Counted from the first letter of the stretch, positions 38,240 to 52,204 are shown. The stretch: DNA of 64,000 nucleotides from Octopus sinensis (GCF_006345805.1 NC_042998.1:94674001-94738000); one strand, 5' to 3'. Made by a program: numbers and translations. The notes: generated from the sequence alone by a model not told the origin.

Positions 38240-40084
38240 TCTATATATATATAAAACTGAGAATGTGTGTCTGTCTGTCTGTCTGTGTGTTTCCCTAAAA
38301 CTTGAGAACTACACAACCAATTTCATTCAAATTTTACACATGCCTTACTTAAGGTCCGAGGAGTGTCATCGGCAAAAAAATTTTAACTTTTTCCCTAGGG
38401 CGAGCCCACAGCAATATCATATCTTCTCCACTATTTCGGTATTACATGTTAAAAGTGAAACAAAAACATCCCTCTATTGTAATGCAGACATTCACTTTAA
38501 TACTGAAACTATTAAAGTGAAAGTATTATATAACAGGATGAACCATTAACAGTGGTCATCCATTTTGCTAGAAGATCCGCTATGGTTTTATATGCTACAC
38601 CACTGGTTTTCAATTCATATTAATCAAATTAATATTCAATTTTTCACCCTTATCATGTGTGTGTATTAGCAATTCGTATAAGATTGCATCAATAAATGGG
38701 GATAAATGAAAAAGGTTTGTTGTTATTATTATTACTGTTTGACTATTGTAATCAGATTTGTTGGTTCCTCGTCAGGGAAACGTTGTTGTGTTGCATTTGT
38801 TAAATAATTGTAAACCATGACACTCCCCCTTTCGGAGAAGGGGCTTTGGTTATTGTTTAAAAATTGAATTGTGTCCCTGTTTGGGGAAATTGACAATATT
38901 TTCACCGTCTTTACGGAAGCATTTTTGTTAAAATGCCTTCGATAGAAGCGACTGTACACAGCCACATGCCCACAGTCGACTCTACGGTGACCAGAGCTCA
39001 CTCTGGGCGACATTGAGGCGACTGTACACAGCAGGTTGGGTTGGGTTGGGTTGGGTTTCGTTGGGTTGGGTTTCTATTATGCATTGAGAACTATAGTGCA
39101 ACGGCAGCATAATAAAACAACCCTTCCTCAATTGTTGGCAGATTTACCTACTCCGCATTGCGAGCAGTGCAACAAGATGTGTCTTCGTCAAAGCAATTGC
39201 TCCCCCAAAGCAAATAAAATAAAATAAAATTTGAGATACGTGGAACAAGAACAGGACAGTGAAAACCTTCGGTAATGGCTGTTTAACCCTAACGAGGTGA
39301 ACTGGTGAACGCTGGAGAAAAAAAACTTTGTCAAGAGACAGACAAGAATGCATATTATAGTTATAAACTGAACGAGAAGAAAAAGAATTACATTTAGAAA
39401 CAGTGTAACAGTTTGCTTTGACATAAACTTACATTGTGATTTCTGCAATGTGGTGCATAAATTGTTAAGTAAATGAGAGGCATATTTGTCTCCACTGATT
39501 CAGTTGCAAAGTGTTGAGTAAAGTTATTTGATTGCAGACCTCCTTTCAGTCTTTTTATTATCACTCGGTCACTCATAGTCCCCAGATGGTAACATGGATT
39601 ACAAGGCCTTCCCAGATGAGTGACTGGTTATTCAAAGACATTTATAGATTTTAAATTCATTCTGTCAAGTTACGTATCAGTATAGTGGTCATTTGCAAAC
39701 TCCAGAGGTGACACTTTAATTTCTCCTAAGCCCTCACGTTACACAGTTGTTAATGTTGATTCCATTTGGGTCACGCACTTCCAATTGCATAAGATTCGTA
39801 ATGCATCTTACGGCTGTGCTTGTCACCTGGATAGTGAGGAATCCTACATTGGGAGTGGTAACGACTATGGTAGGGTAACTGACTGCTTATTGTGATCATT
39901 CGTCTTTTGGTTTCCATGTGGCACGATTACAATTTTTTTAGGGTGTGTAAAGAGGGAAATAACCCTCATCTGCAATTTTGATGAAATTCGAAACATAGAT
40001 ATTCCAGTTCATTCAGAAAATATAACAGAAAAGTCTAATTCTTCAATTGAATGTAACCGGGCAATGCCGGGCATCTCTGCTAAT
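38240..40084 (+). mobile_element. Non-autonomous Helitron (~1.85 kb)
   Basis: 5' a|TCtatatatataaaa; 3' hairpin ccgggcaatgccggg followed by CTAA. Confidence 0.65.
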
Positions 40085-40096
40085 ATTTAATAAAAA

Positions 40097-40438
40097 AGGG
40101 TGAAGACTCCTTTCGGTCATAAATAATTATGGGATTGCACCTACAAAATTCCCGTCTGAGGCACAAGCCCAGGTAAAGTTGTTTTTTTGGAAGACCAACA
40201 GTCACCCATGCATACCAGCCTCCCTTCTCCATGCCACTGATGTTATCCAAGAGAAAGGCAAAAGCTGATACAGCTTGACACCAGTGATGTTGCCACTTAT
40301 TTCTACAGATGAGTGAATTGGAACAATGTGAAATAGTGTCTTACTCAAGAACACAGCACAGAGCCCGATCCGGGAATCAAACTCACTACTTCATGATTGT
40401 GAGCTTAATGCTCAAACCACTGAACCATGCGCCTTCAC
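40097..40438 (-). mobile_element. tRNA-derived SINE (third family, CORE-like)
   Basis: Minus strand gtgaaggcgcatggttcagtggtt...gagtttgattccc...cttgagtaagacact: A/B-box-like head plus CORE-like segment. Confidence 0.65.
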
Positions 40439-40684
40439 AATATTAGATACCATACAACATAAATTCTTGACTTATTAATATTATCTCCACCTCTAGGAGA
40501 TCTGTCATAATTCCCAAATAGCTATTAAGATTGACATTTTCATTAAACTGCTGACCTGCTATTGTTTACCATGTGACACACAAGAAATTACATAGTCTGA
40601 TCCTACTTACCGATAGGGACTGTAGCAGAATATTCAATACCCTAGAGTATCCCTACAGTTAGTACCCACTTCCTTTTGTTATAA

Positions 40685-40771
40685 CTCATCATCACCACCA
40701 TCACCACCACCACCACCACCACCACCACCACCACCACCACCACCACCACCACCACCACCACCACCATCATT

Positions 40772-40817
<46 letters not shown>

Positions 40818-40830
40818 CCACCACTACCAT
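40685..40830 (+). repeat. (CAC)n-(CAT)n compound microsatellite
   Basis: Directly visible. Confidence 0.95.
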
Positions 40831-42974
40831 CATAAATACCACCTCCATCTTCATCATTCAAAGATTATGCCTCACCACCTCATCCCATGTCTTCCTTGGT
40901 CTACTTCTTCCACAGGCTCCCTCTACAGTTATCGCACAGATGTTCTCATCCATATGCATCACATGACCATACCAGCACAGTTATCTCTCTTGCACACCAA
41001 ATCTGATGCCTCTTATACCCAATTTTTCTCTCAGGATGCTTACACTCTATCAACATGCACACTGACATTACACATCCAGCAAAGCATACTAGCTTCACTT
41101 CTTATAACTGTTTGTCTGAATACAGCTAAGAGTTCAAGCTTATAATGTATTGCGTACAATACTGTATCAATAGTTTAGCTGGTGATGATTAAATTTTCCG
41201 AGATTGCTAAAGCATTGTGCAAACAACAACAGCAATTCATTGTTGATCTGATACTTGTTTCAGTCATTAGACTGTGGCCATACTGGGGCATTGCTCTGAA
41301 TTAGTCAAATGAATTAAACCCAGTATATATTTCTATTTTTTAAGCCTGGTACGTATTCTCTCGGTCTCTTTTACTGAACTGCTAAGTTTCAGGGGATGTA
41401 AACACACCAACACCAGTTCTTAAGTGGTAGTGGGGGACAAACACACAAACGCACACGTATAAAACTGCTCAGTATCATTTCTCCCAGCACATTATGTTCT
41501 GAGTTCAAATTCCACCATTTCCTCCTTTCAGAGTCAATAAAATAGATACCAATTGAATACTGGGGTTGCTGTAATTGACTTACTGCTTCCTTAAAATTGC
41601 TGACCTTGAACCAAAATATGAAACCAATATTTTTTTTTTTTCTAGTCTACAGGATCTTCACATCTTGTGCATTAGCTTAAAGCACATAACAATCCTATTT
41701 ACAGATCATGATAATGTAGCTCTAACTCAAACCAACTCCAAATTATACGTCTTGAATTACATACCATTAACTGCATAGCTGTTATTAGCCATTGTCCATA
41801 CTTAGTTATATATGTCTAATTATTTACTTACTCCTAAATGCACATTCATGATTAAGTATGCAATTCATGATGATGATTATCATCATCATCATCATGATCA
41901 TGATCATGATTATCATCAGCATCATCGTCGTCGTCGTTGTCTGTTTTCCATGCTTCCATGAGATGAATGGTTTGATAGGAGTCAGCAAGCCACAAGACTG
42001 CATTGTGCTTTATGTCAGCTTTGGCATGGCCTCTATGACTAGATGCCCTTCCTAATGCTAACTCCTTTACAGTGTGTACTGGGTGCTTTTTCATGCTGCC
42101 AGCACTAGTGGGGTTACCAAATAAGCTGCAAGACAGGGAAGAACAAGGAAAAGGTAAAAGGATGGAAAGGGAAAGCTCCCTTGACCAGGTGGTGGTGAGA
42201 GTATTTGAGAGGGTGGGGAGGAGATTTTATACCCAGGCATGAGCAGAGTTGTCTTGACGTGAAGAAGATACATGGCTATCCCACATTTATTTAAGGTGGT
42301 TGGGGCATAACTAAAATATAATTTATTTTCTAATTTGAATTATAGTGTTGTTTCACACAATTTGGATTTAGAAAGGGCAAGTAAGTTTGCATTTGAATAT
42401 GGTCCTTTCAGTGGTTCTCAACTGGGGTCCACATGGCCTTTAGGGGTCCATATAAAGTTTTGTTGTTAAAAATTATGTGCAATAAATGAGTTATACTTCT
42501 ACAATAGACAATATATTTTAACAATTTTTTAATACAATTCCCAATAATATTTAATTATAAAAATATAATAGAATCATTTTAAAACTTCAAATGGCTATGG
42601 AGATGCAGTAGAGTGAAACTGGAATCAAAAGTTCCACAGGCAAAAAATGGTTGAGAACCACTGGTCTAAAATGTCCAGTTTTGAGCAATTGCATCTCATC
42701 TCAAAGGAGTTAATAATTGATTTTTTTTTGTCAAATGTTATATCTGTTGAATTATTTAAACATTATTGAGTTATGACCCTCTCTGTAATTTTCATCATGA
42801 AGTATTATTTAATAATAACTTTGCATCACCTCGGTAATGCCTGTCCATGAGGGGCTCTGCCTTGTCAACCTTCTCCCAAACCACATTTCATTCCCTAACA
42901 CCAAAAAAGCACTGGTGATGGTGCCATGTAAAAAGCACCGGTGGGATTAGGATATGGTCTAGTCACTCATATAG

Positions 42975-44470
42975 TTAATCAGATTGTCTACAGGAGATTC
43001 ATACCCAACAAGTAGTGTTACAGCATTATAGTCAACTGCCACAAAGGTAAATGTGATGCTTTAGACAGAAATAATTACAGAAGTCTCCAATTACTGGACC
43101 AGGTGATGAAAGCTACAGAGAGGGTCATAGCTCAACCAATTAGGAAGAGTTAACCAAGATGAGCAGTTTGGTTCTGTGCCAAGGGGAAGCACTATTGATG
43201 CTATCTTCCTGGTAAGGTGACTCCAGAAGTATTTAGCCTAAAATAAGCTCAGTACTTGGCTTTTGTCAACATGGAGAAAGCCTTTGACAGGGTCTCCTGC
43301 TCCCTTATCTGGTGGTCAATGAGGAAGTAAGGGATAGATGAGTGGTTAGTGAAAGCTGTACAAGCCATGCACAGGGAGGCTATCAGTAAGGTGAAAGTCA
43401 GAAATGAGTAGAGCAATGAATGTGGTGTACAGGTAGGAGTTCACCAAGGATCAGTTCTCAGCCCTCTCTTATTTGTTGTAGTCCTCCAGGCCATAACAGA
43501 GGAATTTAAGATGGGCTGCCATCTGGAGTTCCTCTATACCAATGACCTTGTTCTTATAGATGAATCACAATCAGAGTTAGAGAAGAAATTCCTGAAATAA
43601 AAGAGTCTTAGAGTTAATTTAGTGAAGACCAAAGTATTGATAAGTAGGAAAACAGACAAATTACTAATCCCTTTAAGGAGACAGCCCCACTTGATATGTA
43701 GAAAAGTATTGGTAGAAATTCCATAAGGTGTACCCAGTGGAAGCTATGGACACATTAGATGTGCAGCAGTATCAAAGGAAAGCTGACAGAGAGAGTAGTC
43801 TTTGTATGTGACAGATGTGCAGGTACAATAAACACTAAGAATGTACAGAAAATAAACTTCCTCAAATGTCAGCAGTATCCTTAGAAGTAGAAGATAACTT
43901 CTATTACCTAGGTGACCAAATCAAGAGTGGAGAGGGATGCCCTGAAAGCATAGTTGCGAGAATAAGTCAAAGTTCAAAGAGCTGCCACCTTTGTTGGTAA
44001 CAAAGGGCCTCTTTCTCAGAGTAAACTGTTTGATGCCTGTGTACAGATAGCCATGGGAAATGGCAGTGAAACATGGGCTGTGATTGCAGGGGCCATGTAA
44101 AGACTTGAATGAAATGAAGCCACCATGTTCCTCTGGATGTGCAATGTCAACATGTATGTATGATGGAGTTTAAGAGTTTTAAGAGAAAAATTGGGTATAG
44201 GAGGCATCAGTTGTAGTCTACATGATAGAAGCCTACTCTGGTGTGGTCATGTGATGTATATGGATGAGGACAGCTACATAAAGAAGTGCAAATCTTTAAT
44301 TGTCAAGGGAATGTTTGGAAGAGGGAGACCCAGGAAAATGTGAGATGAAGTGGTGAGAAAGGATCTTCAGATACTGGGCCTCACAGATGAGATGACAAGC
44401 AACAGAGACTTCCGATGATTTGTTGTGCTTGACAAGACATGTCAAGCTGGTGAAATTGTGGCCATCCACA
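42975..44470 (+). pseudogene. Degenerate RTE reverse transcriptase region
   Basis: QFGSVPRGSTIDAIFLV; FVNMEKAFDRV; VGVHQGSVLSPLLF; LYTNDLVL (YADD equivalent); Cys-rich insert; then the C-terminal RTE motifs. Many stops and frameshifts. Confidence 0.88.
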
Positions 44471-45254
44471 CATACATGCATATCCTTTATGGTTATGCCA
44501 CCTGCCTCTCACACATTATCTGACCTCTATTAAAATTCCCCCATCTTCCTAAAACCTGCTGCAGGCCTGCCCCCCCACCTCCACGCCACTCTTTCATGTA
44601 CCTATCCACAGACTCCACGTCCTCTCTTTTTCACCTCACATTCCAGCCTTTCTAATTTCCTTCACCATCAATTACTGCAGTCATGACTTCCCCCATCTCT
44701 AAACATATCCCATCACATTCTTATGAAACATCACCCTTTATCCCCTCTGTACTACCTATACCTCTCCCCTCTTTTCTCTTTGGGTACACTCCAATATATC
44801 TCCAACATCATCTCCTTCTCTCTCACTCTGACTGTCTCTATCTTTCTCTGTGACTCTCTCCCACCTTCCTTCGCCTTTATTGTCCTACTGGGGTAGCCAA
44901 ATGTCTCCCCTATAGTAAGACAGCTATTTCTGTTTCTTTATCATACTCTAACCTCTTACCTGGCACATAGCTACTTTTGTTTCCACTTCCTCTCCTGACT
45001 AACAGTTCTTTGTCTTGCAACTTACTTGGTGAATCCACTGGTGTTGGATCTGGTGCAACATAAAAAGTGTTCAGTACACTTCTTAAAGTGGTTGGCATTA
45101 GGAAGGACATCCAGTGGCTGAAAGCATGTCAAAACAGACAATTGGAAGCTGGCACATCTCTCCAAATTGTCAGCTCCTGTCAACCTGTCCGTCTCATGCC
45201 AGCATGTAAAACAGATGTTAAATGAGAATGATGATGATGATGATGATATATATA

Positions 45255-45309
<55 letters not shown>

Positions 45310-45430
45310 TATAGAGATAGTGAGAAAGTCTTTTACATTTCAAGTCTACATTCTTTGACAGAAAAGAACACAGAAATAAACAGGGAGAGAAAATAGAAAA
45401 AGATATAGTGGCTAGGGATCTATCATGGTG

Positions 45431-45481
<51 letters not shown>

Positions 45482-45521
45482 CTCAACATATGAATACGTA
45501 GTCCTCATCTAACTTCTCTAG

Positions 45522-45562
45522 AAAACTCCTTACTACCAACTTGTATTCCTGTGGAAAAATAT
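45522..45562 (+). CDS. Candidate 41-nt exon
   Basis: Branch-like ctaac, acceptor ttctctag|, donor atat|gtaagc; all frames open. Confidence 0.25.
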
Positions 45563-45897
45563 GTAAGCATTAGCTTTTTGACTAAGATTGCCTTGATCAT
45601 ACCTGGTCACTTTGTTGTTATTTTTTACATCTAAAACATGGATCGAATATCCTGAAGCACTGTTTACATAGTGACCAGACTGATTCATATTGTATTTTAT
45701 TTCACATTAATATATGTTTATTAAAATTTTATCTGTATTAAACTATTTACTATGTTCATATTGTGATACAAATAAACTAAGTAGCCACAAATTTTTTTCT
45801 CCATTTCTTATAGTAATAAATGTATATTAGACTGTTTATCCCTATATATTGAGAGAATTTTCCCAATATATCATTGATAACACCAGTTGATCTCTGG

Positions 45898-45946
<49 letters not shown>

Positions 45947-46503
45947 CATACATATACGTACACGTACACGTACACACACAAACACACAAAGAGGAATTTT
46001 AAACATTCTTATCAATTTTTAGTGATAGGATTGAAAGGTAAATATGTGTATTTGTATTTTTTTAAACGATTCACTGTGCACAGATACATAAACTAATGTG
46101 AATTGGAATAAAAAGTGTGTTGCTCTCACTTTTTGTTCACTTTCCTATCATATCTGCACAACACCTTATTTTTTTTTTTAAAAATGAAGCAATGAATACA
46201 GTCACACTCATATACATGTCTGTTTGTTTGTAAATATGCATGTGTATATGTGAGTGTATTTACATTTAGCATGTGCATGCATGGGCATGCTTGTGCACAT
46301 ATATGCATATATATATAAATATATATATATATGTATATATACATACATATGTATATGTATATATATATATTTAAAAATATATATGTATGTTTATATAAAT
46401 ATATGTGTGTATGTATTACACACATATATTTATATACACACATGCATACATATATGTGTGTATATATGTATACATACATATGTGTGAATATATGTATAAA
46501 CAC

Positions 46504-46541
<38 letters not shown>

Positions 46542-46615
46542 ATATATACATATATATATATGTATAAGCATGTGTGTGTATATATATATATATATATACA
46601 TACATATATATATAT

Positions 46616-46996
46616 ACTAGCAGTATCGCCCGGCGTTGCTCAGGTTTATAAGGTAAATAACTATAAAGCATTTTTAGAGAGTTATAGCCAAAAAACAGCA
46701 AAAAGATGGAAAAAAATGATGGTAAATTTTTTTTTAGTTAAAAAAGGTGGAGTTGCGTCCCCTAGACAGTTTGCAATTTGTGTTTCTGATTCTCGACCCC
46801 ATGTCGAATTTATCGATTTTTTTCAGAACTGGGGGAACTTTTCAAAATTTTCGCTGCGTTAGTTTTGAATTATGACATTGGGCTATGTGTGTGTCAAGTT
46901 TCATCAGAATCGGTTGAAAGCCGTGGTCAGGGTGAGGATACAAGAAAACAGACACACAGAAACACGCACAGACAAACTGCCGTTTATATATAGAGA
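46616..46996 (-). mobile_element. Non-autonomous Helitron
   Basis: TC...gcaacgccgggcgatactgCTAG on the minus strand; highly similar to 51836-52204. Confidence 0.8.
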
Positions 46997-47576
46997 GATA
47001 TATATATACACATACATGCATATTCATTTGTGTGTGGGTATGTTGTGCATGTGTGTGCTTGTGTGTGTGTTTGTGTTTGTTTGTGTGTGTGTGTGTGTGT
47101 TCATCAGTATGTGTGTGTATTTCATTTAATATATATATTTATGTTGTAAGTTAGTCAAAGGAAGAAAAGCACTGCCCATCTTTGTACACACAAACATAAA
47201 CACAAGATTGCATTGGAGGTTTTTGCTTTAAATTCAAAGAATAAGAAAACAAACTGAGTGCATAAAAATACATATATTTTTATTTCAAGTTTAATCTATT
47301 GTCAGAGATCATGAAGTGTTATTATTTCAGTACAGCCAAAGTCACAAGTTATTCCATATTCTAAAAAGAATATCGAAACATCATCATCCTCAATTTTTTT
47401 GAATTTCTTTTCTCCATGATATTTTTTCCAATTTGGTTACAATTCTAGCTGTATTAGTGCTGCATCAGATTAATATGCCTGGTGGCATAGCTGTCAAAAC
47501 GTTGTGTCTCAAGGCAAACATGATGGTCCAGTTGAAGCTTGGCTTTCTACCTCATAACCTGGCCATATGCTATATA

Positions 47577-47786
47577 TGAGGGGGTGCTAAAAGTTTCCTG
47601 GTTTTTGAAAATACAGGAGGACCAGTAAATTATGATTTTGTTCAAAATATTCCTCTCTCAGATTCACACACTTTTTGCAGCAGTCCTCCGGTTTTTCTAA
47701 GCCCTGTAAAAGAACTTGAATGGTTGGGCCTCCAGCTAGGCTTTTCATGATACCCTTAAAGCCAGGAACTTTTCAGCACCTCCTCA
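47577..47786. mobile_element. Tc1/mariner-like MITE
   Basis: ta|tgaggggtgctaaaagtttcctgg ... gccaggaacttttcagcacctcctca|ta. Confidence 0.7.
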
Positions 47787-48082
47787 TAAATTAGTGAAGA
47801 AACAACTGCATGTTGTATGAAAGTTCTACTGATGAGGGTTGCATTCTGTCATAGAATGTTAGCATAGATGATGAGATCAGTACATGGATAGGGAAAGCAA
47901 TTTGTGCATTGTCATGAGAAGACTGCATTGCACACAGATCATGAAGCCCACCTTAGCATCGAGTTCAGTGTATAATGGAAAGTTGTTCAAACCATGATGT
48001 TATACAGTAGCAAGATCTGAACACAGTACTCTTAACATCTGAAAAACTCGACCAAGTTCACCTCATCTATGTTCATGATCAT

Positions 48083-49105
48083 CATCATTTAATGTCCATC
48101 GCCCTTGCTAGCATAGGTTGGACAGTTTGACTGGGCTAGTACACTGAAATGCTGCACCAGACTCCAGTCTGATTTAGCATGATTTTCTACGGCTGGATGC
48201 CCTTCCTAATACCAACCACTCCAAGAGTGTAATGGGTGCTTTTACATGCCACCAATACAGGTGCCATTTGTGTGATACTGGGGTGCTTTTACATGTCACC
48301 ATCATGGGTGCCAATTTGTGTGTCACTGGGATCTGCCATGAATGTGATTTTGCTCAGCTTGATGGGTCTTCTTCTCAAGTATAACATAATGCCAAAGGTC
48401 TTGGTCATTGCCTCCATGAGGCCCAACACTCGAAAGGAACTCAGCCACATACCACTAGTATAGCTGCACTTGGCTTGATGGGTCTTCTCAAGCACAGCAC
48501 ATTGCCAAAGGTCTTGGTTACTAGTCCTTGCCTCTGTGAGGTCTAAATTTTAAAGATCATGCTTCACTGCCTCATTCCATGTCTTCCTGGGTCTACCTTT
48601 ATCACAGGTTCCCTCCACAGCTAGAAGTCGGCACTTCTTTACACAGTTGTCCTCATCCATAAGCATCACATGACCATACCAGCACACCACATCTGATGCC
48701 TCTTATGCCTAACTTTTCTCTTAAGATGCTTACACTCTGCTGAACATGCACACTGACATTGCACATCCAGTGAAGCATACTGGCCTCATTTCTACCAAGC
48801 CTACGCATGTCCTTGTCTGTCACAGCCCATGTTTCACTGGCATACAGCATAGCTGTTCGCACACAGGCATCAAACAATTTGCCTTTCACTCTGAGAGAGA
48901 GGCTCTTTGTTGCCAGCAGGGGTAGGAGCTCTCTGAACTTTACTCATCCTAATCTTATTCTCACAGCTACGATCTCAGAGCATCCACCTCCACTACTAAC
49001 TTAGTACCTAGATAACAGAAGCTGTCTACTCTTCTAGCTTGACTGCCTGGCACTTGATGGAGTCTGTTTTCTGCCCATTTCCAGCATTTATTGTATCTGT
49101 GCATC
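48083..49105 (-). mobile_element. 5'-truncated RTE LINE
   Basis: KGKLFDACVRTAMLYASETWAVT...EKLGIRGIRC and VDSFCYLG, plus the family tail. Confidence 0.85.
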
Positions 49106-51835
49106 TTCCGCATACAAAAACTAATGTCCCTATTAACCTTCCTCTGATAATGCTGCACCTTTTGTGTCCATTTCAGAAAAATCTATGGCTTCTCTTGAAA
49201 GACGGTACCCAATATTGAATTGATCCTTTATGTGGAGAGCATCAATAACTTCAATTCCACACCATTATATTTTATGTTGTAAGTTAATCAAAGGAAGAAA
49301 AGCAGTGCCCATCTTTGTACACACAAACATAAACATAAGATTGTATTGGAAGTTTTTGCTTTAAACTCAAAGAATAAGAAAACACATATATATGAGGAGA
49401 CCTTGCTGTGCTTGAGGAGGCCTATTGAGTCAAGTATGTCAACATCAACATCAAAATAGAAATCAGATGGAAATTGTAGTTATGATATCCGTGCCAGTGG
49501 CATGTAAAAAGCTCCATCCGAACATGGCCGATGCCAGCCCCACCTGACTGGCATTCATGTCGGTGACATGTAAAAAGCACGTGGTTGTTTGCCAGCCTCC
49601 TCTGGCCCCTGTGCTGGTGGCACATAAAAAGCACCCACTACACTCACGGAGTGGTTGGCATTAGGAAAGGCATCCAGCTGTAGAAACACTGCCAGATCAG
49701 ACTGGAGCCTGGCACAGCCTCCTGGCTTCCCAGACCCCGGTCGAACCGTCCAACCCATGCTAGCATGGAAAACGGACGTTAAACGATGATGATGATGATG
49801 ATGCTGATATATATATATATATATATATAATACAAGATGGGACAAGAACGCAAAACATCCGGACAGCTAGGTGATACAAAACGGGACAACAAAACATCCA
49901 GATAGACGATACAAAGAAAATAAGGCTTTTCTTTTTTAGAAGCTTCTCAGCAGTGATCTCATGAAGCTCCTTCTGGAATTCCTCATGAAAAGTGCATGAG
50001 GGCGGCTGTCTCAATCTCATGTGTGTTGGTACATCTGTAGTGCTGCTTCTAAGTTATGTATGTATTATATGTGCAGCTTCCTTTTCTCCCCCTTTTTTCC
50101 TCTTCTCTTTTTTTTTTGTTATAAACGATAGATGAGCATATAAAAAATGAACCTACTCACATCCAGATGTAGCTAAATGATATTTTGATTACCAACCTCC
50201 AGCCTATTGTTAATTTGGGGTCCTAGTCTGTGTATGAGTATAGCTTCCTTAATTTTTAAATTACCCAAATTTCTTTCATATATTTTAAGTTTAATCTATC
50301 AAGTTTAATATATATATATATATTTCATATATTTCAAGTTTAATCTATTGTCAGAGATCATGAAGTGTTATTATTTCAGTACAGCCAAAGTCACAAGTTA
50401 TTCCATATTCAACAAGTATATTGAAACATCATCGACCTTAAATCAATTTCAATAAATTGAACATATTGTTCAAATGGAAGTGTTGCAGAAATATTGGTAG
50501 CGTTCAAACACCAACTCATTGCCTAGGAATGAAACCCTGTTCACTGTTCAAATGTAAAAATAAACTAAATAACACAAACGGTATATTGTCAGGGATTAAT
50601 GATGTCAACAAGTGGCTAACCCATTCAAGTCAGATAAAAACATTAGCATCGTGTTTTTATCGGCAAAAAAATGCTATCAATTTTGCAATTGTTCAACTCA
50701 ATTGATGCCCACTATAATAAACAGTATAGTGAAATCTCATTAACAACTTTATCTTTGGCACCTTTCCTTCGACAAATTTTAGCTGTACATAGATGGTACA
50801 CCCACTAACCAGTCAATTGTCACAGCTCAGCCAAGACCAATGGTTCAAGAACTTATACTGTTGAATTTTGGATACAAATTGTACTGCCACCACTACTGCT
50901 GATTTCAGTCCACTCAGCAATGGATACTATCATTACTGACGTATATCTCACATGAACTTGGCTTAGATACCCAATATCTGTCATTCATCACAACAACGCA
51001 TTTAAGCTAATGATATTAAATACTTTGCATTTGGAACTTCATACAGACTTCTGTTTGTCCATAATCAAAATACATCATTCTTACACTACTGTACTTGGTT
51101 TTAACTGAAAAAAACTAGTGTGAATTTATACATGGGGCAAAGCTAAAACTATGAAGGGGATAAAAAAAACTTTGTACCAAGTTTTAACACTAAATTAGGG
51201 GCAGGGCTAGATTAACCATTAAGCAAAACAAGCATGTGCTTGGGATATCAAGAGAAGGATATGTGCCGGTGACATGTGAAAAAACATTCGAGCGAGGTCG
51301 TTACCAGTATCACTGGACTGGCTCCTGTGCAGGTGGCATGGTAAAAAACACCATTTGAGCATGACTGTTGCCAGTACTGCTTGACTGAGCCTCATGCCGG
51401 CGGCACGTAAAAGCACCCACTACACTCTCAGAGTGGTTGGCGTTAGGAAGGGCATCCAGCTGTAGAAACTCTGCCAGATCAGATTGGAGTCTGGTGCAGC
51501 CATCTGGTTCGCCAGTCTTCAGTCAAATTGTCCAACCTATGCTAGCATGGAAAGCAGACGTTAAATGATGATGATGATGATTTACGGCACAAAAGAAATC
51601 GCTTTAAATTTACTGAAATAATATTTGGGAAGCCTTATCACTACTAAGCAGATGTGTTACATAAGGTTAATTTAGAGGATCTGATCAAAGACTTTGAAAT
51701 TACAAAAAAGTAGGAGAAAACTTCAAATATAAATTAAGTGGGACTATACTAAAATAAACATTATTTTTCATCATACTGTTGTTTTGTTTCATTTTGAAAA
51801 AAAACAAACTTATAAATTCATTTTATGGTTTGTTA

Positions 51836-52204
51836 TCTCTCTATATATAAACGGCAGTTTGTCTGTGTGTGTTTCTGTGTGTCTGTTAGGTTGTACCCTC
51901 ACCCTGACCATGGCTTTCAACCGATTCTGATGAAACTTGACACACACATAGCCCAATGTCATAATTCAAAACTAACGCAGCGAAAATTTTGAAAAGTTCC
52001 CCCAGTTCTGAAAAAAATCGATAAATTCGACATGGGGTCGAGAATCAGAAACACAAACCACAGACTGTCTAGGGGACGCAACTCGACCTTTTTAACTAAA
52101 AAAATTTACCATCATTTTTTTCCATTTTTTGGCTATAACTCTCTAAAAATGCTTTATAGTTATTTCCCTTACAAACCCGAGCAACGCCGGGCGATACTGC
52201 TAGT
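51836..52204 (+). mobile_element. Non-autonomous Helitron
   Basis: a|TCTC...gcaacgccgggcgatactgCTAGT|t, inserted between A and T. Confidence 0.82.

Noticed and set aside
40611-40641. Minus-strand micro-exon candidate (tactaac branch, tcg|gtaagt donor); similar minus donors at ~13302, ~30287 and ~35630
   Set aside because: They could not be joined into a coherent protein, and such signals arise by chance in 64 kb. Not excluded without RNA data.
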